From positions 1-17,891 of the forward strand of contig JBNAWM010000019.1 in the NCBI GenBank assembly GCA_049699855.1: a DNA stretch of 17,891 nt. The letters are read 5' to 3'. Source of the DNA: Candidatus Cryosericum sp. Lineage in GTDB: Bacteria; Caldisericota; Caldisericia; Cryosericales; Cryosericaceae. How positions within the stretch are numbered: the stretch's first letter is position 1; each line of letters opens with the position of its first letter. The notes beneath the pieces are model-generated. The model saw only the letters and a program-made list of their open reading frames with translations, did no database searches and had not been told where the DNA came from. Of this stretch, positions 15,470 to 17,891 are shown one piece after another. The position numbers were made by a program, and so were the translations under genes.

Positions 15470-16219
15470 ATGAGGATCATCGGGGCGGGATGGACGGACA
15501 TTGGATTGTGCCGCCGCACCAACGAAGACAGTTTTGGTGTGGTGCAGGAAGGCAGAGACGTCGAACGTCAGGGCCCATGCTACATCGTTTGTGACGGACT
15601 TGGAGGAGCGCAAGCGGGCGAGGTGGCCTCCAGGGAGGCCGTGGATGTCTTCGCAGCTTTATGGTTCTCGCCCGAAGTGACGGCCGAGGATGCCACGAAG
15701 CGCCTGCGACGGGTCGTGCAGGAGGTCAACACTGCCGTGTATCGTCTGTCGATTTCCTCCGACGAGTTGTCCGGCATGGGGACAACGTTGGTAGCTTTGG
15801 TGCCACATGGCGACCGTGTCCACATTGCCAATGTAGGTGACAGCCGGTGCTACCGGATGAGAGGGACCATGCTGACGCAGCTCACGACAGATCATACGAT
15901 GGCGGCAGAGATGGTGCGTGAAGGATTGCTGGACCCGGCATATGCGAGAACGGTTAGCGAGCGCAACATCTTGACGAGGGCTGTCGGGACGTCCGCGCGG
16001 GTGGAGGTAGATGTCCTTTCAGAGACCCTGATGCCAGGTGACCGTTATCTCCTGTGTTCTGATGGCTTGTGGGGAAGCATACCCGAGGAAGAGCTTGGCT
16101 TGCAGCTCCAGGGAGGATCGCCGGAAGACACAGCGCATCGACTGGTTGATCTTGCCAATAGCTATGGCGGACCGGATAACTCCACTGCCGTTGTCGTCGA
16201 CGTTCAGGTACAAGACTGA
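15470..16219 (+). CDS. PP2C/PPM-family Ser/Thr protein phosphatase (Stp1/PrpC-like), 249 aa
   Basis: TDIGLCRRTNED, VCDGLGG, GMGTT, NVGDSRCY, LTTDH, RNILTRAVG, LLCSDGL and GGPDN. SD AGGAGGTG precedes ATG 15470. Confidence 0.95.
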   Translation: MRIIGAGWTDIGLCRRTNEDSFGVVQEGRDVERQGPCYIVCDGLGGAQAGEVASREAVDVFAALWFSPEVTAEDATKRLRRVVQEVNTAVYRLSISSDELSGMGTTLVALVPHGDRVHIANVGDSRCYRMRGTMLTQLTTDHTMAAEMVREGLLDPAYARTVSERNILTRAVGTSARVEVDVLSETLMPGDRYLLCSDGLWGSIPEEELGLQLQGGSPEDTAHRLVDLANSYGGPDNSTAVVVDVQVQD

Positions 16220-16323
16220 CAAACCCGGGCGTCCTGTATCAAACATGGAAGAAAGATCCAGGAAGGGCGAAGCGGTGCACTGCCTCGGGCTCCCAGCATG
16301 GTCATGGTTGTCGCGGGGAGTTC

Positions 16324-16332
16324 TGCTACAAT
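16324..16332 (+). promoter_or_regulatory. Extended -10 promoter for the TPR/J-domain operon (TGcTACAAT)
   Basis: TGCTACAAT lies about 78 nt upstream of ATG 16410. Confidence 0.55.
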
Positions 16333-16409
16333 AATGAACATGCCGGCATGGCTGGAACGGCGGAACGATTTTGGAATCCCTTTGGCAACTGATTCTGCGG
16401 GAGATGAAA

Positions 16410-17267
16410 ATGAGTGACAGGAAAGGCCAGACAACCGAAGAGCGAGTTGCAGCTCTCCTGAAAGCAAACCACAAGGATCTGCGGGTGTTTGTCCGCGCAG
16501 TTGAGGCGCTTGCTCCGCAGGATGGCGACACTGCAGCTTTCCTGGACCAGATGGGGGCAGCGCTTGCCTCAAAGGATAGGTCGATTGGAGCTCTGGAGCT
16601 TTGGGACAGGGCGGCGAAACTGTACCAGGACCAGGGACGTCTGGAGGATCTTGCGTGGCTGTACGCCAACATGGGGCCGGTCGCCGCTATGCAAGGCGAC
16701 ATACCCCGTGGCATAAGATTCTCTCGGGAAGCTGAGAAACTGGCCAGCCAACTGGACTTTGATGCGGATCTTGCCTATCACATTTCCTCGGACCTGGGTG
16801 CTATGTACGCCGAGGTGGCAAACTGGGAGCAGGCTATGTATGAGGACAGCCGTGCCCTGGAGGTATCTCGAAGCGCCGGTGACTGCTCAGGTCAGATTCG
16901 TGCGCTCCTGGCTCTCGCTCAAGTCTGCGTCGTTCGTGGTGACCTCTCTTCGGCGCGCGCTGAGGCGATGGGTGCAGCTTCCCTGGCCAGGTCGTGTGCC
17001 CAGCGGGGATTGGAAGCTGAGTCGATGCGCGTCGTGGGGGATGTCTCGGCAGCTTTTGGAGATCATGAGCAGGCCCTGCGGCACTACGCACAGGGTCTGG
17101 AGCTGGAGATGGCATCGCCCGATCCCGAAACGCGCGCCCAGCTTCACTTCTCCATGAGCGTGGCCTATGATGCTCTCGGAGATGCACAGAGGGCTGCAAG
17201 AGAACGGAATCTGGCTGAAGCTGTTGGACTGCCGGACGATGTGGAGGACGAAGCCGATGGAGCCTGA
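16410..17267 (+). CDS. Tetratricopeptide-repeat protein, 285 aa, paralogue of 1592-2482
   Basis: TPR-like units (LAWLYANMGPVAAMQGD; SDLGAMYAEVANWEQAM; VVGDVSAAFGDHEQALRHYAQGL). GGGAG lies 6 nt before ATG 16410. Acidic tail. Confidence 0.85.
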   Translation: MSDRKGQTTEERVAALLKANHKDLRVFVRAVEALAPQDGDTAAFLDQMGAALASKDRSIGALELWDRAAKLYQDQGRLEDLAWLYANMGPVAAMQGDIPRGIRFSREAEKLASQLDFDADLAYHISSDLGAMYAEVANWEQAMYEDSRALEVSRSAGDCSGQIRALLALAQVCVVRGDLSSARAEAMGAASLARSCAQRGLEAESMRVVGDVSAAFGDHEQALRHYAQGLELEMASPDPETRAQLHFSMSVAYDALGDAQRAARERNLAEAVGLPDDVEDEADGA

Positions 17268-17847
17268 TAGTGATCTTTACACTGTTCTGGGGTTGACGCC
17301 GGCAGCTTCGCAGGAACAGATACGCACTCAGTATCGTGAGCTGGTGCGGAAGTACCACCCGGACTTGCATCCCGGAGATGCACATGCGGCTGCGATGATG
17401 GAACGTGTCAACGGAGCCTATGACATCCTGGGCAATCCGGAGGAGCGCCGGCAATACGATGCACAGATCAGTGCCGGATTCCGGCCGGGGAGCGAGCCTG
17501 CCTCACCGGGCAGCTATGGGCGTCCTGCGTATGGTGATCCTGCGGCCGGGGCAGGACCTCGATCGTCATGGAACCCGCAATGGGGGGACACGTCGGGCGA
17601 TACGCGTGAGCGGCAGGCCGAAGCCGAGGCGATGTGGGAATCGATGCGCGCTCAGGAACGTGCAGCACAGGGCCCTTTTGGCGACGTCTGGGCCAATGTG
17701 CCCGACCAGCAGGCACAGAGCAGCCTCAGTGGCTGGGCTATAGCGGGACGCATCATCTGGCTGATTGTGCGCATCATCTTTGGGATCCTCTTTATAGCCC
17801 TGCGCCTGCTGAACACGAACATTGATGATCGCAACGACTTCTTCTAG
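17257..17847 (+). CDS. J-domain (DnaJ type III) protein with a Gly/Pro/Ala-rich linker and a C-terminal transmembrane helix, 196 aa
   Basis: DLYTVLGL, YRELVRKYHPD (HPD motif), VNGAYDILGNPEERRQYD and the hydrophobic segment IIWLIVRIIFGILFIAL. No zinc finger. SD GGAGG at 17243-17247. Overlaps the TPR gene by 11 nt. Confidence 0.9.
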   Translation: MEPDSDLYTVLGLTPAASQEQIRTQYRELVRKYHPDLHPGDAHAAAMMERVNGAYDILGNPEERRQYDAQISAGFRPGSEPASPGSYGRPAYGDPAAGAGPRSSWNPQWGDTSGDTRERQAEAEAMWESMRAQERAAQGPFGDVWANVPDQQAQSSLSGWAIAGRIIWLIVRIIFGILFIALRLLNTNIDDRNDFF

Positions 17848-17891
17848 CAGACGGGATGTCTGCTGGAGATGAGAAACGGCCTGTCCAGGAG

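Noticed and set aside
17846..17891. Small hairpin (AGCAGAC/GTCTGCT) and a possible next gene start at ATG 17869
   Set aside because: No U-tract, and too little sequence remains before the window edge to call either.
1..17891. CRISPR array, tRNA/rRNA genes, IS elements, prophage genes
   Set aside because: I found no regularly spaced repeats, cloverleaf or rRNA signatures, or transposase, integrase or phage structural motifs.

Overview
Bacterial chromosomal window that is mostly housekeeping. From left to right it holds: the 5' part of a dihydrolipoyl dehydrogenase gene (lpdA; missing from the ORF track because its stop lies outside the window), an MBL-fold hydrolase, a TPR protein followed by a class I fructose-bisphosphate aldolase, a complete branched-chain amino-acid ABC operon (livK-H-M-G-F, minus strand) behind a ~740 bp structured intergenic region, a DUF362/ferredoxin Fe-S protein, an MFS exporter and a Lys/Ala/Pro-rich histone-H1-like protein. 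An accessory-looking minus-strand pair follows: a 677-aa PLD(HKD)-nuclease/AAA+ ATPase fusion and a stand-alone SRA-like domain with no HNH nuclease. The window ends with a candidate ~65-nt small RNA that has its own promoter and terminator-like hairpin, a PP2C phosphatase with no adjacent kinase, a second TPR protein paralogous to the first, and an overlapping membrane-anchored J-domain gene. The best candidate for an undescribed system is the PLD-ATPase + SRA pair, a possible split modification-dependent restriction or anti-phage system. I saw no rRNA, tRNA, CRISPR array, integrase or transposase. All family assignments come from recognising motifs by eye, not from database searches.
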